Below, one piece after another: positions 10,349-20,100 of a stretch of DNA of 49,696 nucleotides. Location of the stretch: NCBI GenBank assembly GCA_019307745.1, contig JAFDJA010000002.1, forward strand, positions 1-49,696, in the 5' to 3' direction. This DNA is from Deltaproteobacteria bacterium. Lineage in GTDB: Bacteria; Desulfobacterota; DSM-4660; Desulfatiglandales; HGW-15. The notes beneath the pieces are model-generated. The model was not told where the DNA came from. It did not search any database and was given only the letters and a program-made list of their open reading frames with translations. Position numbers and translations under genes: made by a program. Position 1 is the first letter of the stretch. Every line of letters begins with the position of its first letter.

Positions 10349-13300
10349 AACGAGAGAAAAACCGATTGTATAAAGTTATGATCATTGGGGCAACACCTGC
10401 CGGAATAGCCGCAGCGGGTACGCTCGGTGAAATGGGGATACCCGTAACCCTGGTGGATACTGAACCTGATCTGGACAAAAAGTTGTCAAAAGAGGAATGG
10501 AAACTAGATTCAGGACTTAGCCTTAACTATGCTTACAGATCTGACCTTATAAGGATTTTGAGGAATCCTGACATTGATTTAATCATACCAGCCAATGTGA
10601 AGTCACTAAGACACACACCCCAGGGATTTCGGGCAAAGATAAGGCGCTACCAGACCTTTGTGGATTCCCAAAAGTGCATCCTGTGTGGTCATTGCTTCGA
10701 AAACTGTCCTGTTACAACGGTGGAAGGCAACAAGCCACTGAAATATCTTGGAAGAAGCAGCCTGCCTGGAAGACCTGTAATAGATAAGAAACGACAACCT
10801 CTATGTCAGACAAATTGTCCTTTAGGTGTAAATGTCCAGGGATATATTGCACTCTCAAAGGCCGGGAAATATCAGGAAGCCCTTGAGCTGGTCAGAAAAA
10901 ACAATATCCTACCAGGCATATGTGGCAGGATATGCACCCATCCGTGTGAAGATGCGTGCAGGCGTGGTGAACTGGATGAACCCCTGGCAATAAGGGATAT
11001 TAAAAGATTTCTTGCTGATTATGAGCTTTCCAATAATCGTGATGCAAAAATCCCTATGATCGAACAGAGGCCGGAAAAGATAGCAATTATAGGATCTGGT
11101 CCTTCCGGTCTGGCCGCTGCGGCGGATCTTGCGCGCCTCGGCTATCAGGTAACTGTATTTGAAAAAGAGGCAGAGGCAGGAGGCCTTCTGAGATACGGGA
11201 TAGGACCTCACAGGCTGCCCAGGGAGATACTTGATAAGGAACTGGAACAGATTCAGAAACTGGGTGTCCTGATAAAGACATCTCATATGGTTGATTTGAC
11301 ATCGGGGCTGCAGGACCTGAAAAGAGATTTCCATAGCGTTATCCTGGCAATCGGAGCATGGGTTGATCGCATGCCAGGTGTTGAAGGAGAAGATCTGGAC
11401 CATGTTGATGGGTGTATATCATTTCTGTCAAAGCTATACAGGCGTGCTGAAGAAGAGAGGGGATCAATTGTAAAAAAAGGTGAAAAAATCGCAATTATCG
11501 GAGATGGCCCATCAGCCTTTGATCTTGCCAGGGTACTGAAGAGGCTTGGCGCGAACGTTACGATCCTTTCCTGGTTTCCAGAAGATATCATTCCTGCCGG
11601 GAAGCATGAGATCAGTGAGGCCAGAGATGAGGGGATAGAGGTTCTGGATCGGATCCAGGTAATCAAATATACAGGACCTAATGGCAGGCTTAAATCCCTG
11701 CGGTGCAAACCGACAGAGCCTGGAGAGCCGGATGACATGGGGATACCATGGCCTGTGATAGTTTCAGGAAGCGAGGCGTTTGATCTCAAGTTTGACAGGG
11801 CCATTATAGCAATCGGACAATTAGGGCCATTCATGCGGGAGGGCTCAATCTCAGGAATAACCACTTCTACTGGCGGCTATATCAGTATTGACGATCACAT
11901 GCATACAGACAGCAAGGCCTTTTACGCGGTAGGAGATGTCACAACAGGACCCTTATCTGTGGTTGAGGAAATGGCCAGTGGACGATCTGCCGCAGGATCA
12001 ATACACAGGGACATCACCGGTGAAGACGTCCTCTCCAATAGGACCTTAAGGCCTGAAGATATGGAGTTTTCTGAAATACCGGCAGACCTCCCTTCTCTTG
12101 CCCGTCCCGTTATGGCTGAAAAGCAGCCCGCATCCAGGGTCGATAATTTTTCAGAGGTGGCCCTTGGATTGAGTGAAATACAGGTCCGGACAGAGGTTGA
12201 AAGGTGCCTTCAATGTGGAGCATGTTCGGAATGTTTTGTTTGCGTAGAGGCATGTAGCGCAATTAATGCGGTCAACCATTCTGAACAGGCCAAGGAGATT
12301 GTGGAGCAGGCAGGGGCAGTGATTATTGCAGATCCGAAGGCTGCCCCCCCCATAAAAGGAGAGGATGTCATCAGGGCCTATGGTCCAAAGAGTGCCAGGT
12401 CCACACCCCATGATATGCTGGCCTACGGCTTTGCAGCTGCAGCCATAGCAATGAATTTTATGGGTGGCTCCCCTATCAGACCAAAAGGATTGAGTGTTTC
12501 ATTTTCTCCCCCTGAACAGGAGCTCTCTCCTGAAATCCGTACTGGTGTCTTTGTGTGTAAATGCAACAGCTCACATGGCTGGTCTGATGATATGGACCGG
12601 TTTGTGGAAGGTCTGCACGAAAGGGATAATATTATCCATGCAGAGGCAATAAACTCCGCCTGTATCCCTGAAGGTTCAGCAGCTATCTTAAAAACTATCC
12701 GGGAGAAAGGTATTACGCGTATGGTTCTTGCCTCCTGCGTATGCTGTCCACTGGATTTCATCTGCAGCGCATGCACTGACCAACGCAGTCGTCTGAAAGA
12801 TGCCCTTTTTAAAGAGACAGGCATCAGCCGTTCTATGGTTGAAACGACTAACCTGAGGGGAGAAGCCCTGTCATATCTTAAATATGATGCGCCAGAGGCA
12901 ATAAGGCGTTTTAAAGGACTGATAGAAAGGGCAATAACCAGGTGTGTAAAGTTACAGCAGATGCCATCTCCGGTAAGGAGCTATAATTTTTCAACCGCGG
13001 TGGTAGGTGATTCAGAAGCTGAGGTCAATAGTGCCTGTATGCTCGCTGAAGCGGGATTTGAAGTTTATGTATTCAGATCCCTTGATAAGCTCATGCCTGA
13101 CATGCTGTCACATCCAAACATTTACTGTTTTGAAAAATCACTGATTAAGGGCATAAGTGGTACTCTGGGAGATTTTCAAGTATTTGTGGAATCTGATGAT
13201 CTACCTAATATATTTCAGGTTGGAGCAATAATCCTAGGAGAAAAATCCAGACGTACAATACCGTATATCAATGAGGAAGGGCTGCCAGATACTACAATAG

Positions 13301-13719
13301 ACTCTCCAATACAGAAGCTCGGACATTCAGGTGTCCCGTTTCTGTATCCGGGAACAACATCAATTTCAGGTCTTTTTCTTGCGAGCCCTCAAGGAGTTCG
13401 CATCTCCGAGCGGAAAAAGGGGGCTGCAGCCGCAGTACTTGCGGCCTCAGTAATGCCCCGCGGTCCCAGATCCAGTAAGGGTTACATGGTTGGAATCCAC
13501 AAGGATATGTGTCGTGGATGCGGACGATGCGTCAGGGCGTGTCCCTATCACGCTATCACCTTGCAAAATAATTCCGTTGGCGGATGGTACGCGCAGGAGG
13601 ATGAGGCATTATGCAAGGGCTGTGGAAACTGTATTTCTGTGTGTCCTTCAAATGCCGCTGACAGTCCGTACAGAGACCGATTCTATCTGGAGCAACTGAT
13701 ACAGGAGGTGCTTGCCTGA
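10345..13719 (+). CDS. HdrL-like multidomain flavo-iron-sulfur protein (degenerate HdrA segments flanking a GltD/NfnB-like NAD(P)H oxidoreductase module)
   Basis: HdrA-like start IIGATPAG; ferredoxin motif CILCGHCFENCP; GltD-type CQTNCP...CGRICTHPCEDACRR and IIGSGPSG; RCLQCG; HdrA N-terminal-like GVFVCKC; two C-terminal CxxCxxCxxxCP motifs. Confidence 0.8.
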   Translation: MKREKNRLYKVMIIGATPAGIAAAGTLGEMGIPVTLVDTEPDLDKKLSKEEWKLDSGLSLNYAYRSDLIRILRNPDIDLIIPANVKSLRHTPQGFRAKIRRYQTFVDSQKCILCGHCFENCPVTTVEGNKPLKYLGRSSLPGRPVIDKKRQPLCQTNCPLGVNVQGYIALSKAGKYQEALELVRKNNILPGICGRICTHPCEDACRRGELDEPLAIRDIKRFLADYELSNNRDAKIPMIEQRPEKIAIIGSGPSGLAAAADLARLGYQVTVFEKEAEAGGLLRYGIGPHRLPREILDKELEQIQKLGVLIKTSHMVDLTSGLQDLKRDFHSVILAIGAWVDRMPGVEGEDLDHVDGCISFLSKLYRRAEEERGSIVKKGEKIAIIGDGPSAFDLARVLKRLGANVTILSWFPEDIIPAGKHEISEARDEGIEVLDRIQVIKYTGPNGRLKSLRCKPTEPGEPDDMGIPWPVIVSGSEAFDLKFDRAIIAIGQLGPFMREGSISGITTSTGGYISIDDHMHTDSKAFYAVGDVTTGPLSVVEEMASGRSAAGSIHRDITGEDVLSNRTLRPEDMEFSEIPADLPSLARPVMAEKQPASRVDNFSEVALGLSEIQVRTEVERCLQCGACSECFVCVEACSAINAVNHSEQAKEIVEQAGAVIIADPKAAPPIKGEDVIRAYGPKSARSTPHDMLAYGFAAAAIAMNFMGGSPIRPKGLSVSFSPPEQELSPEIRTGVFVCKCNSSHGWSDDMDRFVEGLHERDNIIHAEAINSACIPEGSAAILKTIREKGITRMVLASCVCCPLDFICSACTDQRSRLKDALFKETGISRSMVETTNLRGEALSYLKYDAPEAIRRFKGLIERAITRCVKLQQMPSPVRSYNFSTAVVGDSEAEVNSACMLAEAGFEVYVFRSLDKLMPDMLSHPNIYCFEKSLIKGISGTLGDFQVFVESDDLPNIFQVGAIILGEKSRRTIPYINEEGLPDTTIDSPIQKLGHSGVPFLYPGTTSISGLFLASPQGVRISERKKGAAAAVLAASVMPRGPRSSKGYMVGIHKDMCRGCGRCVRACPYHAITLQNNSVGGWYAQEDEALCKGCGNCISVCPSNAADSPYRDRFYLEQLIQEVLA

Positions 13720-13877
13720 TAGCAGAAGAATGGGTTTGAGAATTGCTAATTTCCAAAACCAAGTAATGCCTGAATATTGCACCAGCGGTCTCATAAGTCT
13801 TGAATCGTATTGCTGTGGCTTCAAGGCATGAGTCTAAAATTCAGATAATAATATATAAACTCAGATAGGTTAATTTA

Positions 13878-15479
13878 ATGAACAACGATAAATCCAGAAC
13901 CACAACAAACATCATCCTTTTCCTCTGTAACTGGGGACCTCACGCAGCGTTTCAAAAGATTACGGATAACGGCGGCAAGATACCTTCATGTATTACAATG
14001 GTAAGGATTCCATGCACAGGAAGAATCAGCAAGGCCCTATTGCTGAAACCCTTTGAGATGGGAGCGGATGGTGTAGCCCTGGTTGGGTGTGAACCAGGAT
14101 CATGCAGGTACGGGCCGGGAACAATAACCGCGAGAAATAATTCAGAGGATATTCGAGGTATCCTTGAACTGCTGGGACTTGGAGAAGAGCGTATGCGTCT
14201 TGCCACCTTTCTCCCTGATGAATCTCAAGAGCTTTTGGATTTTTTAACGGAATTTGCAGGTTATATCTCATGCCTTGAAAAGAGCCCTGTGACACCCTTT
14301 CCAAAGGAGATTTCCTTTGAGTTGGATGCGGAAGAGGTAAAGGATATTGTGACTGCCCATGATATCTATTCCTGTCAGGACTGCGGAAAATGTTCGTCTG
14401 CCTGCTCCCTGACACTTGCGGGAAAGGATTTTTCTCCACGTGCGATGGCCAGTTCCATCATTGCGGGAGATTACACATCTACCACTGTACAGAACGATGT
14501 TTGGTCCTGCCTTACATGTGGATTGTGTTATGATCGGTGCCCGTCAGCCGTGAATTTCCCTGATTTTATTTGTGATATGCGTTATGTCCTGAAAAAAGGT
14601 GTTGTTAAGGAGTTTGATTCACATGGCGGGTTTTTCCAGTCTCTAATGAGGACAATGACATCTGAAAATCTGAAAACAAAACATTGGAACTGGCTGCCCG
14701 AAGAGATACAGGTTGACCCTGACAGCAAGAGATATTTCTTTGGAGGTTGTGCCCCTTATTTTGACCTTTTTTTCAGAAAGCATCTGAAAGGCCAGACCAG
14801 CAACATCCTCGTGGATGGTCTCAGGCTTCTTAACTTTTTTGATATAGTGCCCGCGATTATAGAGGATGAAAGATGCTGCGGACATGACCTCCTCTGGGCA
14901 GGAAACAAAAACAGTTTTTTAAAGTTGGCCAGACTCAATGCAGACCGTATGCACGAGCTGGGTGTTGAGGAGCTTATAACCGCCTGTCCTGAATGTTACA
15001 GGACATTCAAGCATGACTATCCTTCGAAAGGGATCGAGGTCAACTTTAAAGTCACTCATGTTTTCGACCTGCTTGAAAAGGAGATTGACAAAGGGGCAAT
15101 AGGATTTGAAAAATTAGACCGTAATATTACATTTCAGGACCCATGTAGGTTGAGCCGATTTGAAGAGCGTGCTGATCTGCCCAGGAAATTGATCAACCGG
15201 CTGGATTCTGATTCGTTTAATGAGATGCGAAACAACAGTACCAGCGCGATCTGCTGCGGTAACAGCGCCTGGACGGGGTGTGATTCGTTTAGCAAATCGC
15301 TTCAAGTGAAACGGCTCAAAGAAGCCCATGACACAGGTAGTGATCTGCTCGTTACAGCATGCCCCAAGTGCCAGATTCATCTTCGTTGCGCAATGGAAGA
15401 TCCTTTTCTGGAAAAGGAGCTGGAAATGGAGATGATGGATCTGACAAGCCTGTTGGCTAATACGATTCGTTGGGAGTAG
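13878..15479 (+). CDS. MvhD-HdrD fusion ([2Fe-2S] MvhD domain + HdrC-like 2x[4Fe-4S] + two CCG domains)
   Basis: RIPCTGR and GCEPGSCRY (MvhD); CQDCGKCSSAC and CLTCGLCYDRCP; RCCG...TACPEC and DPC...CCG...TACPKC. Confidence 0.85.
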   Translation: MNNDKSRTTTNIILFLCNWGPHAAFQKITDNGGKIPSCITMVRIPCTGRISKALLLKPFEMGADGVALVGCEPGSCRYGPGTITARNNSEDIRGILELLGLGEERMRLATFLPDESQELLDFLTEFAGYISCLEKSPVTPFPKEISFELDAEEVKDIVTAHDIYSCQDCGKCSSACSLTLAGKDFSPRAMASSIIAGDYTSTTVQNDVWSCLTCGLCYDRCPSAVNFPDFICDMRYVLKKGVVKEFDSHGGFFQSLMRTMTSENLKTKHWNWLPEEIQVDPDSKRYFFGGCAPYFDLFFRKHLKGQTSNILVDGLRLLNFFDIVPAIIEDERCCGHDLLWAGNKNSFLKLARLNADRMHELGVEELITACPECYRTFKHDYPSKGIEVNFKVTHVFDLLEKEIDKGAIGFEKLDRNITFQDPCRLSRFEERADLPRKLINRLDSDSFNEMRNNSTSAICCGNSAWTGCDSFSKSLQVKRLKEAHDTGSDLLVTACPKCQIHLRCAMEDPFLEKELEMEMMDLTSLLANTIRWE

Positions 15480-15590
15480 TTCATCATCGGAGTCGTGTGA
15501 AATAAGTTGTATTTTTCATATCTCACTGTGATTTATAGGACCAGAAGGGAAGAGGTATTGAATATCACCATATCCGGTAATTTGTTTTGG

Positions 15591-15681
15591 TCTCTCAGGG
15601 TTTAATTCCCCGCGGTTTGCCGCGATAAAATAGAGATTGTCATGGTTGATATACCGCTGCTTTGAGACGGGGTAGCTCATT
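15591..15681. repeat. Dispersed ~91-bp repeat, copy 1 (candidate non-autonomous IS200/IS605-type element)
   Basis: About 71/92 identical by manual alignment to 28244-28335; subterminal hairpins CGCGG-TTTG-CCGCG and one ending GGGGTAGCTCATT. Confidence 0.7.
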
Positions 15682-15739
15682 ATTTATATCCGAACTATGA
15701 GAAATGGATATTGAAACAGAAATAAGACGAGGGGTAAAA

Positions 15740-18184
15740 ATGGAAAATTCTATGATTAGTAATGGTTTTGACAACGTGGCAGAGCAGCCCCGAATAGGTG
15801 TCTATGTCTGCCATTGTGGGCTAAATATCGCACAGACTGTAGATTGTCCGGCAGTGGCGGAATTTGCTGCCGGGTTGGATAACGTGGCAGTCTCAAAGGA
15901 TATAATGTATGCCTGCTCAGAGCCGGGTCAACATGAGATCAAGGAGGATATCCTTGATAGCAAGCTGGATAGAGTCGTTTTAGCCTCTTGTTCTCCGAGG
16001 CTCCATGAACCGACATTCAGGCAGGTTCTTAAGGAAGCTGGCCTTAATCCATACCTTTTGGAGATGGCGAATCTTCGGGAGCAATGTAGCTGGGTGCATA
16101 TGGGTGAGCCTGAGGATGCCACGGATAAAGCAAAAGACCTCGTGAAGATGGCAGTATCCCGAGCATCTCTGCTCCAGCCCCTGGAAGAGGATACCATTCC
16201 TTTGACAAAAAAGACCCTGGTTATTGGCGGAGGTATCGCTGGAATTCAGGCCGCGCTGGAACTGGCAGATAACGACTATGATGTGATACTGGTGGAAAAG
16301 AGGCCGTCGATCGGTGGAGTTATGGCTCAGATTGATAAGACTTTTCCCACCATGGATTGCTCCATCTGAATACTCGGTCCTAAGATGACGGATGTCGGTC
16401 GACATCCCAAAATAAAACTCCTCACCATGAGTGAGGTCATGGGCGTTAAGGGCTCTGTGGGTAATTTCAAGGTGAATGTCCTGAAAAAGGCCCGTTATGT
16501 GGAAGAAAATGAGTGTACTGCATGCGGAAAATGCGCGGAGGTCTGCCCTGCTGTGCGGCCCGATGAATTTAATCTAGGGCTTTCATCACGCAAGGCCATT
16601 TACATATCTTTTCCCCAGGCCGTCCCATCTTCCTATGTTATAAATGTGAATGAATGTCTGGGACACAATCCCATTGTGTGCGGTAAGTGTATAGAGGCAT
16701 GCGATAAGGAATGTATCAATTTCCACATGTCTGATGAAGAGATCGAAGAGAAGGTGGGCTCGATTATAGTGGCAACAGGCCTTGAACCTTATGACCCCAC
16801 CGCCATGGATGAATATGGTTATACCAGGTTTGAAAATGTCCTTACCAGTCTTGAATTTGAGCGTATTATCAATGCGGGAGGCCCTACTCAAGGTAACCTT
16901 ATTAGACCAACAGACAGGGAACGTCCCAGATCAGTAGGCTTTAGTCAATGCGTGGGATCCCGTACACTCAGAAAGGGGAGCAGCTATTGTTCAAATATCT
17001 GCTGTATGAATACAATCAAAAGTACCTTGCTGATCAAAGAGCACTATCCTGATATAGATATCAAGGTATTTTATATAGATATCAGGTCATCCGGGAAGGG
17101 ATTTGAGGACCTGTACAGGAGGAGCAGAAAAGAGGGGGTCCAGTATATAAGGGGGTTGCCAGGAAATATAGAGGAAACAGGGGAAAAGGGGTTGATGGCT
17201 GCTGTTGAAAACATCGTAACAGGCAAGCTGGAAATCCATGACCTAGATATGCTGGTCCTGTCCCAGGGAATACAACCTGCGCCCAGCACCCAGAGGCTTC
17301 AGGAGTCACTGGGGCTCCAGCTCACATCTGATGGTTTTTACCTTGAGGCCCATCCAAAGCTTCTGCCTGTGGATGCTGCAACACGCGGTATATTTTTCGC
17401 TGGATGTGCTGAAGGGCCCAAAGATATCAAAGAGAGTGTTACCCAGGGTTCTGCTGCCGCAGCTCGAGCCATTCGTTTGATGCACAAGGGGAGCATCACC
17501 ACTGAACCAATAATTTCTCAGGTAGATCCGGAACTGTGCAAGTTCTGCGGAAAGTGTGCGGAAGTGTGTCCGTATAATGCCATATCCATTGATACCAAGA
17601 AGAGGATACCTGCTGAGGTCAATACGGCATCATGTGCAGGATGCGGCACTTGTGCGGCAGAGTGCGTGTTTGATGCGATTTCCATGAACCATTTTACAGA
17701 CCGACAGATACTTGGTCAGGTCGATGCCATGCTTGAGGAAAAGACCGATGAAAAAATTCTGGTCTTTGCGTGTAATTGGTGTTCCTATGCGGGAGCAGAC
17801 AATGCCGGTGTATCCAGGTTCCAGTACCCTCCTAATATTAGGCTGATCAGAACCATGTGTTCAGGAAGAGTTGATGAAAAATTTATATGGGAAGGTTTTG
17901 AAAGGGGGGCTCCGATAATTCTGGTCAGTGGGTGTCATATAGGTGACTGCCATTATATAGATGCCAACCAATGGACTGTAAAACGTATCCAGAAGATACA
18001 TAAGAAGATGGCAAGGATGGATATTAGGCCTGACAGGCTCCGGCTTGAATGGGTTAGTGCTGCAGAGGGTGTCCGCTTTGCCGAGATAATGCGTGATTTG
18101 GAGAGACTCCGTAAGGAAGTAACATCTGAAGAGATTGGAGAAACAGTCCGTATACTCAAAGAGCGAAAAAATAACTCTAAATAG
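15740..18184 (+). CDS. hdrA: Selenocysteine-containing heterodisulfide reductase subunit A with C-terminal MvhD domain (~814 aa)
   Basis: ORFs 15704-16369 and 16385-18184 are in the same frame, joined by TGA at 16367-16369 in KTFPTMDCSI-U-ILGPKM, a conserved Cys position. Also GVYVCHCG, GGGIAG, QCVGSR, YCSNICC and C-terminal CNWCSYAGAD/RTMCSGR/GCHIGDCHY. Confidence 0.92.
16390..16407 (+). promoter_or_regulatory. Bacterial SECIS-like hairpin of hdrA
   Basis: GGATGTC-GGTC-GACATCC: perfect 7-bp stem with a G-led loop, 27 nt after the UGA. Confidence 0.75.
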
Positions 18185-18257
18185 CGATTGAAGGGGTTGT
18201 TAAGTAAACAGCATAAGCGGTCATACTTGGGAGCACATCCTGTTCAATGCTTAAATG

Positions 18258-18533
18258 TTAATTTATTTGCTTTCTCAGCACTGGAGAGCAATTAAATGTA
18301 ATAACCCTTCTTTCACTAAGAATGAGATCGCTCCCGGTTGCGGGGTTTCTTCCCCTGCGTTTCCCTTTTTCTTTGACACAGAATTTGCCGAATCCGGATA
18401 TCAGGACAGCCTCTCCATCTTCCAGAGATTTTTTCATTATCTCCAAAAGATCTTCAAGCATGTCACTTGCCTTTTTTCGCGTCAATCCTGTTGCTGTTAA
18501 ATTTTCAACAATATCCGATTTTGTAAGCGTCAT
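18258..18533 (-). CDS. ihfA: Integration host factor subunit alpha
   Basis: MTLTKSDIVE, VLISGFGKF, RRGRNPATG; start at 18533 after an AGGAGAGG RBS. Confidence 0.9.
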   Translation of the reverse strand: MTLTKSDIVENLTATGLTRKKASDMLEDLLEIMKKSLEDGEAVLISGFGKFCVKEKGKRRGRNPATGSDLILSERRVITFNCSPVLRKQIN

Positions 18534-18780
18534 ATCCTCTCCTGTATTCCCCTGAAAATCGTTCATTTAGCACAACATCGAAATTATGATTCAGAATTAT
18601 TTAATTATTTCTCCTAATTTGTTACCAGTTTTAATCAGGATGATACATGGGTCCCATTTTTTTCCTTTCCAGATTATCTTGCCCAAATCAGTTGTCCTGA
18701 AATTCTCACATTATTTTTAATTCTGATAACATATTGCTTTTATGATGTAAATAGCTCATTTCAATTTTAGATAAAAAAAA

Positions 18781-18961
18781 TAAGGAAAAAATCTGAAATT
18801 TATCGGCATAAATCCCAATCGGGAGAGACAAATTGGCTGTCTTAGGTGATCATCATGGTCATTTTAAGGAAGTCGACTCCATTGGTTTTTTGGAAGCATG
18901 ATTATGTGATTAAGGAAAAACTTATTTTTGGGCATAAAATCCCGTCCAAGCGGGAACAGAC
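18781..18961 (+). repeat. Two imperfect ~50-bp direct repeats (18781-18829 and 18911-18961) upstream of the sigma-54 promoter
   Basis: Both read TAAGGAAAAA...GGCATAAA(A)TCCC-Nx-CGGGA..AGAC. Confidence 0.55.
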
Positions 18962-19019
18962 TTCGGAATTATCACTCAGGCAATTAGCAGTTTTGTGCCT
19001 GGCATTTTTTTATCTGTGT

Positions 19020-19035
19020 TGGCATATAGATTGCA
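19020..19035 (+). promoter_or_regulatory. sigma-54 (-24/-12) promoter upstream of cheR
   Basis: TGGCATATAGATTGCA, with exact GG-N10-GC spacing. Confidence 0.7.
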
Positions 19036-19273
19036 ACATAAACCAGGACCAGGAGACTGTTCTGGGAACAACATGTTCTTTATATCCAGGATAGTGACAT
19101 TAAATTAAACTGACTAAAAACCTTTCTTGATGTGTGCAAGCCATGGATTTTAGATTCAGCCAGTTTTGCTGTCTGAAAAAGGATACCAGGATCACAATAA
19201 TTCACATATGCAAATATAACAGGTATACAATTAAAGAAAAGCAGGATTCAAGATAGATTTTTCAGGGAAACAA

Positions 19274-20038
19274 ATGTGGAAAATAAATACAAGACAGTTT
19301 GAAAAACTCAGCAAACTTGTTTATCATGAATGCGGTATCAACCTGCATGATGGCAAACGAGAACTCCTCCAGGCAAGACTTGCAAAAAGATTACGTAATA
19401 CCGGCATCAACTCTATTGACAAGTATATTAAAATCATAGAAAAAGATAGTGATGAGCTGATAAATTTTCTTGATGCAATATCAACTAACCATACCTTTTT
19501 TTTTAGGGAAAAACAGCATTTTGAGGTCCTTCAAAAGGGGCAGGGGAAAATATGGTGCGCTGCATCTTCAAGCGGAGAAGAACCATATTCCATAGCAATA
19601 GACTGTCTTGAAAAGGGATTCAGCCCTGATATTCTTGCAACAGATATCTCAACCCATGTATTGCGGATCGGCACAAGAGGTGTTTATTCATTTGATAGAG
19701 TGAAGCAGACTCCTCCGTATATATTAAAGAAATATTTTCAAAAAGGTCATAAGAAGTGGGATGGTTATCTCAGAGTGAAAGATAACATACGCAGAATGGT
19801 GTTACTTCAGAGATTCAATCTCCTCACCGACCCTCTCCCAACAGGAATATTTGATGTCATCTTTTGCAGAAATGTATTAATATATTTTGACGGTATTACA
19901 AAAACGAAGGTTGTGAACCGATTATGTCAGGTTTTAAAACCAAATGGATATTTTGTAATCGGAGGGGCTGAAAGCCTTAATAATATCAATCACAAGTTGC
20001 AATATGTCAAGCCGAGCATCTATGTGAGAAATTTTTGA
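19274..20038 (+). CDS. cheR: Chemotaxis protein-glutamate methyltransferase
   Basis: STNHTFFFREKQHF, IWCAASSSGEEPYS, ATDIS, FDVIFCRNVLIYFD. Confidence 0.92.
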   Translation: MWKINTRQFEKLSKLVYHECGINLHDGKRELLQARLAKRLRNTGINSIDKYIKIIEKDSDELINFLDAISTNHTFFFREKQHFEVLQKGQGKIWCAASSSGEEPYSIAIDCLEKGFSPDILATDISTHVLRIGTRGVYSFDRVKQTPPYILKKYFQKGHKKWDGYLRVKDNIRRMVLLQRFNLLTDPLPTGIFDVIFCRNVLIYFDGITKTKVVNRLCQVLKPNGYFVIGGAESLNNINHKLQYVKPSIYVRNF

Positions 20039-20100
20039 GTATTATGTTGTCAACATCATCTTTATCGTGAACATTTCCATTCTGCAATAGGAGCTGAAAT

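Noticed and set aside
16385-18184. Separate 599-aa ORF, and likewise the 86-aa ORF at 49271-49531
   Set aside because: These are in-frame continuations of the upstream ORFs past a single TGA, not independent genes.
18805-18870. c-di-GMP-I riboswitch upstream of cheR-PilZ
   Set aside because: It lacks the GNRA tetraloop and GACGCAAA junction, and lies upstream of the predicted sigma-54 start.
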